A stretch of DNA of 64,000 nucleotides from NCBI GenBank assembly GCA_026770705.1, contig JANJGN010000008.1, positions 161,882,001-161,946,000 of the forward strand. Direction: 5' to 3'. Under the pieces are notes generated by a model. It saw only the letters and a list, made by a program, of their open reading frames with translations, did not search any database and had not been told where the DNA came from. Shown here one piece after another: positions 52,185 to 64,000 of the stretch (positions are counted from its first letter, which is position 1; each line of letters starts with the position of its first letter). The stretch comes from Isurus oxyrinchus (lineage: Eukaryota). A program made the translations under genes and the position numbers.

Positions 52185-53868
52185 TTGGAAAATTTGGTAT
52201 TGCATCCACCAACTGAATTTTGTAAAAAAGAAAAACTGCAATAGAAGCCATTTTTGTTTTTTCACAAAATTGTGAAGAATTTTGAAATGGTCGAAAGGTC
52301 ATGGAATTACTCAGATGCAGACAATCCTGGTTAATAATTGTGGTACTTTGAAATGAACGTGCAGAGGTTAGCTGTGATCATGTGAAGTGTGTGAAATAAA
52401 ATACCCTTTTCCAGGCTTGGAACAACTTCCTATCAAACCACATAGAGTTGATGGGCTATAATCTTTTGGATCAAGACGGACCAGTAAGATTTTAATGTAC
52501 AAAAGAGATCACAAAACATAAAAGCTAAAACTACATAATTTTTATGCAGTTAAACTTTCCATATTCAGCATATTTTTCCTTGCCCTTGTCCAATATAATT
52601 CAAAAACTCAATGATTTACCAGCTAAATTGTGCAATCTGAGCAAATCAGGATTAACAGCATGGCCCCTTTGAACTGTTACTAGATTGTGATTTGAAAGGC
52701 ATGGTTAGCAAAGGCCAAACACATGCGAAACTCTCAATCAAGGGAGCAACTCGTTGGGGGTTGGGTGGTTGTGGGGGGGGGGGGGGCGGGGGCGAGGTGT
52801 GCAGATCTTTAACCGAGTTCACTCATCAGAAGAAGGAGGCGGATTTGGGTCAGGTGCTGGTTTTGCATTGCACCCAACTTTGAGCAGATGACTAACAATG
52901 GACAGGGTGTAAACAGGCACATGATGAGCAAAAATAGACATTGAACTATTTGCTGCACTCCAGGTTAAGTTACAATTATCCACTTGTTGTCTTGTTCTCT
53001 TGCTATGATCCAGTCCCCATTCGGTCACTGAGTCCGCACTTTGCTCCTCGGGCTGTCGGCCTTGGCTGACTTCAGATATGATAATATACGAAATAATACG
53101 GAGACGCCTCACTTGAGGCTGCAACTGTAGTAAAGCTGTCTGCAGAAAACTACAATTCATTTACCTTAAGGGTTTCTGATGGGGTGAAACTTAATCACCT
53201 GCCACATCTCACTTTAACTTAACCATCATTTGGCAGTTTTCTAAGAGGCGGCAATTTAATTTCATTTCCACTGTCAATCTTTGAGAGAACAGATAGGCAC
53301 AGAGCAGGAGAAAATTCGGGTAATTGGTAAAAGACAGGAGTTCATTACATATTGAGCGACTGCCATGTGTTGTTCATTGGCTTGGCCTTTTACTTTGTTC
53401 TAAAATCTTTTTGTACAGAGCAATTATACAGGAGATCAGCCTGCAGCAAATAACTCAATGCCCCTATCAAATATAGAATTTTTGCAATGTATCATAATTT
53501 TATTTTAACCACAAACGATTAAGTGCTGAGTAACTGGAAAAAAAAAAGGGCATCTAAGCCAAGCTGTCCAGTAATTACTAAATTAGTCTAATACATTTCT
53601 GGCATCCCTTACAGGTCACAAAATAGTGTCGGGAGCAAGCATCGCAGGAATGATCGCTCACGCATCCCAACTGCTGGAACTGTCAGGGATACAGGAACCG
53701 GACTAGGTTCGGGGGGAGATCACACATAGTAAGGAAATGAGTGTGGCTGAAATTTACTTTGCATACTGCCTTTTTACAGATTTAAAATGGGCTGTTTTTG
53801 TCAAACAATTCCAAGATTTTTACGTGAATACGGCCCACTGTAGCTCAGCGTGGAGACATTGTACTTAC

Positions 53869-54075
53869 TGGCACAACAAGCGAGGTCACGCCACTGGCCA
53901 TTCCAGTCAATACTCGACCACCATACAACATCCAGACATTCTGTGCTGCAATGATCATCGTAAACCCAGCAACATAGGGAACAGCACAGATCATCAGGCT
54001 CGGCTTTCTGCCAATTTTATCAATAATCCAGCCTCCAATTATGCCGCCCACGGCTGCTCCTATCGTAACCAAGGA
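53869..54075 (-). CDS. SLC2A8: GLUT8 exon 3 (207 bp)
   Basis: ttgtag|[38 protein letters not shown]...[17 protein letters not shown]|gtaagt. Confidence 0.96.
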
Positions 54076-54677
54076 CTACAAAGAAGTTAGAGGACAATGA
54101 AATCAATTTTACTTTCATTTCGTTTTAATGAAACAAACATTTAAATTTCAATTCTTCCACTTACATTAATTGGGCTGTAAACACACACAACTCTCAATAA
54201 GGGAAAGCATTCATGTAATCAACCAATTTAGGTTAATTCACTCTGAATTCAGACAGTTTCTACATGCAAAATGGTGTAAATCTTCACGTTAAAAAAATCC
54301 AACGTTCAGCTCTAGACTTCCGTATTCCAAATAAGTCAAAAAGGTGACTAGCTGGGAGCATAGTACGATGCCACAAAGGCTGACTGACAGAGGAAGTGTG
54401 GAAATGGAGGAGATAGATAAGCTGCCTAAAAATTCTGTCTGAACAGTATATTCGCCAAACCTATGTTAACCGCCACCACAGTCATCCCAACGTTAGATGG
54501 TGCAGGGCGGGATGAATGGAAAATTAAAGGGGAAAATCAAACATCCTATGTCAAGTTCAGTAACAGGAAGAGTACATCAGTTAAGGGGACTAAAATGGAA
54601 TATTTAAAGAATTGGCCCAACTACACCACATGCAACGGTTGAAAGAACATCCCATAGATTCTTAAGTAGATGCTTAC

Positions 54678-54840
54678 CCCAAACCAGGAAGCCTGAGTGG
54701 AATCAAGATTCAGGTATGGGTTTGGAGTAGCTTCCAATTCTGGAATGGCAGGAGAACTGTAACCAAGGACAAATCCAAAACTAAGAGGCCCCAGAACAGC
54801 AGCGAATGTAGCCAGGTACAGATTTCTGTTGCACACATTA
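54678..54840 (-). CDS. SLC2A8: GLUT8 exon 2 (163 bp, starts in phase 2)
   Basis: ccacag|[36 protein letters not shown]...QASWFG|gtaagc. [17 protein letters not shown] fits GLUT8 rather than GLUT6. Confidence 0.95.
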
Positions 54841-57800
54841 CTGTGGAGATAGAGGAAAACCAAGGCATCTTTTAATCCAAAAAGGTTTGAAGATTTGAGC
54901 ATTTAACACTGAAACAAACACTGTAAACTACACACATGCTGAGTGCAAAATTCATTGCTCATCTCTCAGAGTCACAGCTTAAATTATTTTGTGGCAATGG
55001 CAAGCAGGATTTCTTTACCATACACAAAATCTGCTATTTAACTAGAGGAGAATCGTTTTGATGAAAACATAGATTTGCAGGAGCACAGAGCACCTTCGAA
55101 AGAATCAGACATGAGCAGAGGGAAAAACTAAAGGTTTAGAGTGGTGGTTTAAACAGTTACTTGCTAGCCGAGTACCATTGAGTTGAGTCTGCAGCTACAA
55201 TACTTTCCTTTTTCAATTCATTGGAGAACATACTGCCTGTGTCTGTTCACAACCCTGACCCAATGTTCCTTTGGAGCTTCCTGTGGAGAAGTAACCATGT
55301 GTGCGAGAAAGGAGTTTTGATGTCGGTGTGCTACTGTTTTCAAAGGCAAGAATTTTACAAAAACTAAGGAAAATGGATTATAAAGTGCCCTGTTTGAAAC
55401 TCTATTTATTGATAGTGATAATTTCAGTCATTGTGTAACAGAGGCATTTTCAGGCATGTCTACTTTCCAAATTGAACTAGACTCCATTATTTTTCTGCAT
55501 TCTAGTGGGAAAGATCTACGTGTAAATGATGTTAAATGTTGAAAAATGGACCAGTGAGAGAATGTGCAGTGGATTCTGTCCTATTGGATCAGCTGGTGCT
55601 GAAAAAGAATGAAAGATTATTTAAACGTGCCAGAACACACTGATCTAAAAAGACTTTACAATACACTTGAGTCAAAGGGTGTGCAGTACTGAAAGTCAAA
55701 AGCTAAACCCAATTCTGTTTCAGAAACAGGCATTACCTTCAATGATGAGTGAGGGAAAGGAGTACAATAATGCGATGTTATGGCTGTACAGTTACAAGTG
55801 TTGCACTTGCAATTACATGAGCATGAGGAAATTAGTTTTGACCTCCATGCTATGTTTACTTTTATTATCTATTAAAGAAAGGATACTTAACCTTGTGACT
55901 GGAACGAAGTACATTTTAGAACTGTCTTCCATCTTGCCATTTTAATAAGTATTTTATTTGCAGCCTAAGCATGAAAGGTAAAGTACCTTTGTCGAGAAAC
56001 TAGAATTGAAATCCTGATGAAGTGCCTAATTTATCCCAGGAGGAGGAAATATGTTAGCTTGCTGAAAAGCCTCTATGTAGAAGACTAAATGTTCAGATTG
56101 CAGTTTATTCCTGGGATTTGATCACTTGATTTAACAAAATATTTTTTCAGATTTTGCAGTCAACAGCTCACAGCTACCCAGAGATTTTGCAGACTTCTGA
56201 GTATGGACTTGCTCAAGTCCAGTGTCTCCAGTGCAGCACCTTCTAAAGTGCATCTGTGGAGTCTGCAAGCAGCGCAAGAAACAGCGAGGCTCTTCAACCA
56301 ATCAGATTGAGGAATCCTCACTGAACCCACAAATTCTAAAGCATGGACAGAAAGTGAAAAAGATGGTGTAAGAAACGTTAAAAAAAAGTTTAACTGTTTA
56401 TAAAAGCTCCAAAATGAATTGACTTCTGAAGAAATGAAACTTGGCACTTCCAAAAATAAATTTTCAGGGCCAGAGAGGTTGTTTGGCAGTAATGATCACT
56501 TATCATGCAATTAAGAGTTCACTTAGTTTCGAATGCACCAGCCTAACTTTTTCTTGAGTCTTTGGTGGCCCAACTTCAGGGGTTGCATTAATTTCGGAGC
56601 TGTGCCTTTGATGAGGACCACTATAGTGAACACTGTGGAGGAGCAGGTTATCAGATGGCATCTTCCAGATTCCAGAAGCTGCTGCCAGATTTACTCCATT
56701 ATAAAAGTGTCAGACCCACGTTATTATCTAGTCAAAAATCCAGGCCGTTGAATTTCATTAGCTCTGTGCATCAAATCCAAGTCAAATAATCTTGCATGGA
56801 TATTTTCTATTTCTTATACCTGAATTATGCTTTCTTTTCTTTTTCAGTTCAGGAAACCAAATTTAATTCTCCAAGCCTCTCTTCACAAGTTAGAGCCTAA
56901 GTTTCAGAGCTCCTATGCATCTCCAATCTAAATATAAAATGGTCATTTTCCCTTTAAACCCATAATTTTGATCACCGTGCTTGTAAGTGGTCTCGCTAAT
57001 GATCTAAAGAAGATTAGAAAATTTGTACTCTTTTCCCCCGATTAGATGGCAGTTCCTTACAATTCCATCCCATTCTCTGCCTTTGTAATAAGTTAAGGGT
57101 TGGTACCAATACAACTTTAGCTTCGAAAGTCAACTTGCTGAGCAGGATAGGGAGACAGTAGTAGGCTGCAGCTGATAAACCTTTTAGTACGTGATAGGGA
57201 TGAGCAGTAGCTCAGTTTATAAAAAACCCCCACAATAAATGTTGTTCTGGGCGAAGAGCCGCGACTGCATGGGAAACCAGCCTGGCCAATCGGGATACCA
57301 ATCTTCAGCAGCGTAAACTCTCATCTTCAGAATGAGCTGCATTGTACTGGAAACTTAGAGGGAATGGTTGGTTAAAAATTCAGGAAAATGTGATCGAAGA
57401 ATCTGAATAGGCTACCATAACGTTTTGAGAGAGTTTTAGCATCAAGCTACATGAATGAAAACTTCCAAGCTCAGAGCTGAGAATTTGCTGGAGTTATCAG
57501 TAATCTGAGGGATAGGCCTACACAGACCACATAAGGAACTGATCATGATTCACATTTGAACTAAACATTTAAATTACCAAACACGAGAAGCAATTTTGAG
57601 TTAAGAGACAGTATATAATGAAACATATACGCCACATACATTAACATCAGGAAGTACTGACGCTACGCAATGCTTGTGAATATCAAATCCATTATTAATG
57701 AGATTAGAGATCCTGCCATCAACATGCTACAAGCAAGGAGATTGGAATATCAAAACGTTCTTCTCACCTTCCAGTGACATTTTTAATATGAAACACAGGT

Positions 57801-58230
57801 ACTACAAAACCAATTGCATCTTGATGCATTTGATTGAAATGGGCATCAGTTATGTACGGATTGGAGTGCAATTTATGCTCCTGTAGGATCAATCTTTTAC
57901 TGCCTGGTTTTTGCCATGTAAGTGCAATAACAACAGGCTTAATAAAGCTATTGATTTTGTTCAAATGCGTTGTACACAAATTAGTTGATGTGAGACATTG
58001 GAGCAGGGGAGGAGTTTTTTTGGGATGAGCTTCAACTACTGACATTTTTGTAGTTATTCAACACAAGATCACAACATAAAGCCCGTGCATCAGAAAGTGA
58101 GACCGCTGAATCATAATCAGCTGATCCAACAGTGATTTGGTGCAAATGAACAAAACTCTGAGGGAGAACACACACACATTATGAAACTCATTCTGATTAA
58201 GAATATATAGCCCAACAAACCCTCATTATT

Positions 58231-58442
58231 GGGTCTGGCAGCATCGGCGGAGGAGAAGAGTTGATGTTTCGAGTCCTCATGACCCTTCAACAGAACAGTT
58301 CTGTTGAAGGGTCATGAGGACTCGAAACGCCAACTCTTTTCTTCTCCGCCGATGCTGCCAGACCTGCTGAGTTTTTCCAGGTAATTCTGTTTTTGTTTTG
58401 GATTTCCAGCATCTGCAGTTTTTTGTTTTTATTTTTGTTTTT
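58231..58442. mobile_element. Palindromic Penelope-like element with hammerhead motifs, copy 5
   Basis: Short left arm and full right arm, centre cagaac-a-gttctg. 14-bp TSD aaaccctcattatt at 58217-58230 and 58443-58456. Confidence 0.85.
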
Positions 58443-59186
58443 AAACCCTCATTATTTCTCGTTTCTCTTTACAGCTGCTAACAAAGTTCTGAATTCCCAA
58501 GTTTTTCGACATGTTTGCAATTTATATAGTGCTCCTTGCATGAGAAAAATGTCTCTGAACACTTCATTTAAGAGAACAAGAAAAAGAGGAGATAGCATGT
58601 GAAACTCACCATTTAAAAATACACCTTCAAAGCATTTTCTCTGATGCACTTTACGCTTTAATAAACATTCAAAAGCAAAACTCTGTATAATTGGAGATAA
58701 CAGCCAACATACTGGACTTGCAGCATCTTTTCAACACATTCGATGGATTTTTGCCTATTTGAAGTGACTTAGAGAAGACAGACTAATCCACAGCAATCCA
58801 ACATTATTAGGGGGAGAAGATCTGTTCCAAGCTCTCTTCCAGAGGTCAGTACGAGATAAATGAAAAGCCCAAATATGACGAGTCAATTAGTTTTCCCACA
58901 GGCAGGGACACTGCTTTGACTTTTCCTGGCATATTCCCAGTCAATTGCCATGTGAAGATCTTGTTATCTGTTCTTTTAACAATGAAATGTAACATCAATG
59001 CTTTTTTATTCTTGGTTTACAGATCTGTCCAACTCTGAATAGTGAGTCACATGTTGAGCCTGGAGGTTAACAGCGCATTCATTCTATGATTTAGATATAC
59101 TAATTTCATCAATGATTTCACACAATCACTTTATTATTTGTACTGTTTACTAGCTACCGTGAAGATACCCACTACATTATTTTCCA

Positions 59187-59284
59187 TAACAAAAACAAAA
59201 ACAGCTGGAAAAACTCAGCAGGTCTGGCAGCATCTGCGGAGAGGAACACAGTTAACATTTCGAGTCCAAATGACCCTTCAACAG
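59187..59284 (-). mobile_element. Single-arm Penelope-like element, copy 6
   Basis: The minus strand starts exactly at CTGTTGAAGGGTC..GACTCGAAA and ends T-rich. Imperfect TSD attattttcca / attactttcca. Confidence 0.75.
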
Positions 59285-59319
59285 ATTACTTTCCACATTT
59301 AGCTCGATTTACAATTGTT

Positions 59320-60190
59320 CACCGGATTGGAAACTTGTAAGTGCCGCTCCATTATTGAAAGAGGGACAGGGAAATCAGGTAACCACAAAGTTGTCAGCTT
59401 GGTATCAGTTGTGGGGGTTACTGAAATCTGTAATGGCACTTGGACAGGTATCAGTTGATCAAAGAGTCAGGATGGGTTTGTGAAGGAGAGGGCATGGTCT
59501 GATTTAATCTGGTCAAATTTTGTGAGAAGGGCACTAACATGGTGGATAAGGGAATGTCTATGGATGTTGCCCATGTAGACTTCCAGAAGACATTTGATAA
59601 GGGCCATACAAGAGATTATTTTCAAAAAATTAGAAAGTATGGATTTGGAAGAAGCCTTGAGGCATGAGTTTCTAATTGGTTAGGAGGTAGGAGACAAAGT
59701 AGGGGTTGTTTTGATTGGTGGGATATGACAAGCGGTGTTCTCCAGGGATCTGTACCACAACCATAGCTTCTCATCATATATATTAATAACTTGAATGCAT
59801 TGTGTCTCCAAGTTTGCAAATGAAACTAAGTTAGGAAGCAGAATGTGTTGTGGCGAAGATGGGAGCAGCATGTCATAAAGAGATATACACGACATGGTGA
59901 GCGTACGAAGCTGTAATTGATTTATGTCAACAGAGGGAAGTATGAAGTCATCCACTTTGGATCTGAGATGATAAAAACAATAGAATATTTTCATAATGGT
60001 GAGAGATTAGGAGCTGTGGAGGAACAAAGGGATTTAGGTATCCATGTACTAAAATCCCTAAAAGCTAAGTACATGGCTACAAAATATTCAAAAAGGTTAA
60101 CAGAACGTTGGTGTCTATCTCGTGGAAATTGAAATTCATAAGTGAAGCAATGTGTGCTTCAGTTACACAGACCTTATCTGGAGTAATGTT
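59320..60190 (+). mobile_element. Old CR1 ORF2 (RT) fragment
   Basis: gacttccagaagacatttgataag (DFQK.FDK), ccagggatctgta, aagtttgcaaatga, KYEVIHFG, EEQRDLG. Confidence 0.8.
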
Positions 60191-60839
60191 TGGAACATGA
60201 GATGAATAGTTTAAGCTACTTCAGGTGATTCCTTAGTATTAACCCATCTGTTTAACAGCATCATGGAAATAAGCTGAGAATAAGTTGTTAAAAGATGGGT
60301 GCTAGCCACTGGCAAGAACATGGGATACAGCACAGCTAACAATGCATGGGAACTAAGGTCAGTGTTAAATTTGGAATTTTGGAAACAGGAGAAGAAGAAC
60401 TAGCATCTCTGCTAAAGGCTTCACAGGGACCATTAACCATTAAGGACATAAAATGTTTTTACACAGGCACATTATTCATTCACGTTACAGCAACTGCATC
60501 TGACAACAGCCTCAACAGTCAAAATGGATGATAAAAGGGAGAAGATTGAAATCTGCACAAGCAATGATGTGGTGCACAAGATAGCTGTGTAACTGGGTAA
60601 TGGATTTTGGGTGTAAGCCAGCGATTGTTGAGTGTTACTAAACCAGTATTTGAATTGTAGGAAGGGTATTTAAAAAAGTGTATGCATGAGATCAATATCC
60701 ACTTAGCATCCGTGTATGCTATGTCAGACACTGTTCTCCGATAAACAATAAAAGTTATGCCTGCAGGTGATGACCGACCATTCAACACCTTGTGCAACTA
60801 CACCCTACATACCAAGTTGGATGAAGAGCTGTATTACAT

Positions 60840-61617
60840 TCAGTTGTGAGCACCAAACTTCAGGAAAATTGTACTGGACAAGGGTGGAGTAAGGGGCTCA
60901 AAGAATTAAACTGAGGACAGATTGCATGAACTGGCTTGGAATTCCCTCAAATTTGGAAGGCTGAGGGTTGATCTAATCAAAGTTATTAAAACGATTAAGG
61001 AAATCGATAGGTTAAGAGATATTTTCACTGATGGGGGAAATCTAGAACAAGAGAGCATAATTCTCAATTAAATATTACTATGCAACCTTTAGGATGAAGT
61101 ACCAGCCATTTTCCATTATAGCTGAGGAATAAAATCAACATGACTCCACAATCCATTACAGAGCATGTTGCCTGGGCTTGGGGAGTTTCAGCTATGAAGC
61201 GACTGGTTAGACAAAGATTGTTTTCCTTCGAGCTGAGAAGGCTGAGGGGGGATCTGTTAGAGGTGTAATAAATTATGAGGGGCGCAGATAGGGAAGATAG
61301 GAAGAAACTTTTCCCCTTAGCGGAGATGTCAATAACCAAGGGGCCTAGATTTAAGGTAAGAGGCAGGAGGTTTAGAGGGGATTTGAGGAAAATATTTTTC
61401 ACTCAGAGGGTGGCTGGAATCTGGAACTCACTGCCTGAGGGGGTGGTAGAGGCAGGAACCCTCACAACATTTAAGTCGTGTTTAGCTGAGCACTTGAAAT
61501 GCCATAGCAGATAGAGCTATGGGCCAAGTGCTGGAAAATAGGATTAGAATAGATAGGTGCTTGATGGCCAGCACGGACACAATGGGCCGAAGGGCCTGTT
61601 TCTGTGATGTATAACTC
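60840..61617 (+). mobile_element. Two CR1 3' fragments (~60840-61065 and ~61165-61617)
   Basis: FKVRGRRFRGDLRKIFFTQRVAGIWNSLPEGVVEAGTLTTFK; CR1 end gggccgaagggcctgtttctgtgatgtataact. Confidence 0.8.
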
Positions 61618-62014
61618 CAGGACTCCATTATCCAACACTCCAAGTAACGAGAGCTTGGTCCCTCCTGGCCTGCATGACTCAATGCCACATCTCACAGTCC
61701 ACTAATCTGCTGAGAGGAGAAAATCGTAAAAGGCAAAAAAAAAGGGAAAAGAAACTGTAGTGGTTGTGGGCGAGGAAAATTGATGAGTGCACTAATACCG
61801 AGACATCCTAAAGATGCTGCAGCCGAGACTTTAAAGGATGCATTTTAAAAAAATAAATACTGCTCTTCCCACGTAATTCTTTTGAACAGGGGTATTAACT
61901 CTAAAATAGCAATCTTCTACCCGGACCGGAATCTGCGCGTGATGAAACTCTTTTCTCACAGTGACAAGAAAAAAAAAAATTTGACTACAAAGAAAATATT
62001 AACTACGTACAGAT

Positions 62015-62300
62015 CCACAGAATCATTCAATAGTACAACACAGGAGGCCATGCAGTTTATTGAGCTGAGGCTTTACCTGCGGCTCTTTGCACGAACAATT
62101 CAGTTAAGTCGCACTTCCCTGCTCTTTCCCCATATCCCCATTAACGCTTCCTGCTTCCAGTATTCAATCCCCCTTTCAAAGGATATGATGGAACCTGTGT
62201 CCACTGCACTAGAAGGCAGGGCATTCTAAATCCTAACCACTGCTGCATTAAATAAAGGGGTTTTCCTCATGTTGCCTCTTTTACCGATCACCTTCAAATC
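62015..62300 (-). mobile_element. Old CR1 3' fragment
   Basis: cacagaatcattcaatagtacaacacaggaggccat...gaaggcagggcattctaaatcctaaccac is the reverse of a CR1 3' end. Confidence 0.55.
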
Positions 62301-62664
62301 TGTACATCAGCAGCTTGAAAAAGACCATCAAGCTTTGTTTAATTTGCACCACTTGTAGTTGCTCCTTTTTAAAAATTCACTGTGTTGTGATTCTTTCATT
62401 AATATAACATGACAATAAAGGAGGAAGGGCCTCCTAACTTGTGGTAGATTATTTTTTTTTTGTTGTTGAAATTTCTACTTCCCCAGTCCCCATGGAGATG
62501 AAAGTCTCAGACTAAGGGGACATTTGAGTGATAAAGATTGCAGATGAATCAGGAAATAGACCCAGCGACCCCAGAAGCTGATGTTAGGAATTGGTAACCA
62601 AGCAAAGATAATGTAGCTGAGGCAGGGCTTAGTGCCCCCCACGCTACTCAGATGAAAGACTTGG

Positions 62665-63072
62665 TTCAGTGCTAGTATCCTTGCTTCAAAGCGTGAGAGT
62701 TGAGGATTTGATCCTAGCTCCAGAGACTTGGGTATATCTTCAAGACTGAGAGCCTTTTGGAGTACTCCACGATGGATATGCCGTCTATCAGGTGTTAAAC
62801 AAAGGCCTCGACTGCCTTCTCAGGGAGCTTTGAGAGATTTCATGGCACCATTTCCAAATGGAGTGGGGACTGTCTCCTAGTGTCCTGACTGCTTTTTAAA
62901 TCCTTCAACTGGCAGCACTAACAAACAAAATGGTGCTTTTTTTTGGCATTTGACTGTGAGATTTGACGGCTGTGTTTGTCTATATCACAATAGTTGCAAC
63001 TTTGAGTACATTTGAAGTACCAGGAAGACCCTCAGGATGTGAGGATGTTCTCTAAATGAGAGTCAGATCTTT
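62665..63072 (+). mobile_element. Old Deu-domain (SacSINE1-like) SINE
   Basis: tRNA-like head remnant, core tgttaaacaaaggcc..ctgcc..catggcaccattt..gtgtcctg, L2-type tail. Family name from recall. Confidence 0.5.
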
Positions 63073-63380
63073 CTCCCAACTACTTTTATGCTGGTCCAAG
63101 TATGTGCACAGCTTGCAAACTCTGTTTGTTTACTTCCATTCCCATTAGAGGGCCAACAGGAACAACTGTTTTCATGCTGATGATGATAGCTCTGAGAATC
63201 CAGCAAAGTCACATGCTAGACACTGGCACACAGACTTCTTTGCACTACAGGTCAATGACGCCTTAGCCAACCTAAGAATGGGTACACTGCCACCAAGGTG
63301 CCACTGTGAAATGCAACTGGGTATGCATCAAGGCGTGAATGGTAGCTGTAAACCATAGACATTAAAACATAGGGTGAGAG

Positions 63381-63783
63381 TTTCTTTTTAATTCTTTGAT
63401 GGGTTTTGGGCATCACTGGCAAGGCCAGCATTGGCTGCCCATCCCTAATTGCCCTTGTACTGAGTGGCTTGCTTGGCCATTTTGGAGGGCAGTTAAGAGT
63501 CAAACACATCGCCGTGGATCTAGAATCACATGTAGCCAGACCGGGTAAGGATGGCAGATTTCCTCCCCTAAAGGGTGTTAGTAAACCAGATGGGTTCTTC
63601 TGATAATTAATGATAGTTTCACAGTCACCATCACTGAGACTAGTTTTCAATTCCAGATTTTAATAATTGAATTTAAATTCCACCAGCTGCTGTGGTGGAA
63701 TTTGAACCCATGTCCCCAGAGCATTAGCCTGGGCCTCTGGATTACTAGTCCAATGACATTATCACTACATTACTATCTTCTCC
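63381..63783 (-). mobile_element. Near full-length tRNA-derived SINE
   Basis: On the minus strand: A-box-like head, B box gggttcaaattcc, conserved middle (also at 40705), tail caagggcaattagggatgggca and A-rich end. Confidence 0.85.
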
Positions 63784-64000
63784 TAGATGTCAGATTGTAG
63801 TTACATTGGAACATAGGAAGCATAGCTCCTGCCTACAGGGTTCTTTGTATTTACTTAACCCTGCCTCATTGAATGAATACACTTGCAAGGGAAATCTAAT
63901 ATACGTGCTGCGATTTCTTATACTCCAGAGAGAGGATACTACCTTGAAATCACAATTGCTTTTCTCAGTTTGAAGCAACACCTTAAACAAACAGAACAAA

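Noticed and set aside
52819-53160. 113-aa minus ORF with an acceptor-like site in SLC2A8 intron 3
   Set aside because: No homology recognised, and exons 3 and 4 already join in frame.
37386-54840. SLC2A6 (GLUT6) as the gene identity
   Set aside because: [22 protein letters not shown] and the exon sizes 163/207/100/109/146 fit GLUT8 as recalled.
63943-63981. 39-bp minus-strand micro-exon (tttaag|VLLQTEKSNCDFK|gtagta) as SLC2A8 exon 1
   Set aside because: No ATG or dileucine motif, a weak donor and no GLUT8 similarity.
1-64000. CRISPR arrays, operons or other prokaryotic systems
   Set aside because: The DNA is intron-containing vertebrate sequence, and no regularly spaced repeat-spacer array was seen.

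Overview
Vertebrate genomic DNA. The repeat content (CR1/L2 LINEs, tRNA-derived SINEs, Penelope-type palindromes) suggests a shark or other cartilaginous fish; this is an inference. One host gene is recognisable: SLC2A8 (GLUT8) on the minus strand, with coding exons 2-10 at 54840..37386, all with GT-AG sites and a continuous frame. Exon 1 was not found. The rest is mostly mobile DNA: a decayed Gypsy element with its 3' LTR (1-~3940), a Harbinger-type intron-containing Myb/SANT gene remnant plus MITEs, a full-length Tx1-clade LINE (16864-22071, 17-bp TSD), a near full-length CR1, a Tigger-like deletion derivative, and many CR1/L2/SINE fragments. Two things stand out. (1) The Tx1 element begins, exactly at its TSD-defined 5' end, with a U1 snRNA-derived head. 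(2) There is a family of ~210-250 bp head-to-head palindromes with 13-14 bp TSDs, in which each arm carries a minimal type I hammerhead-ribozyme motif (Penelope-like). All identifications were made by eye; boundaries of old repeats are approximate.
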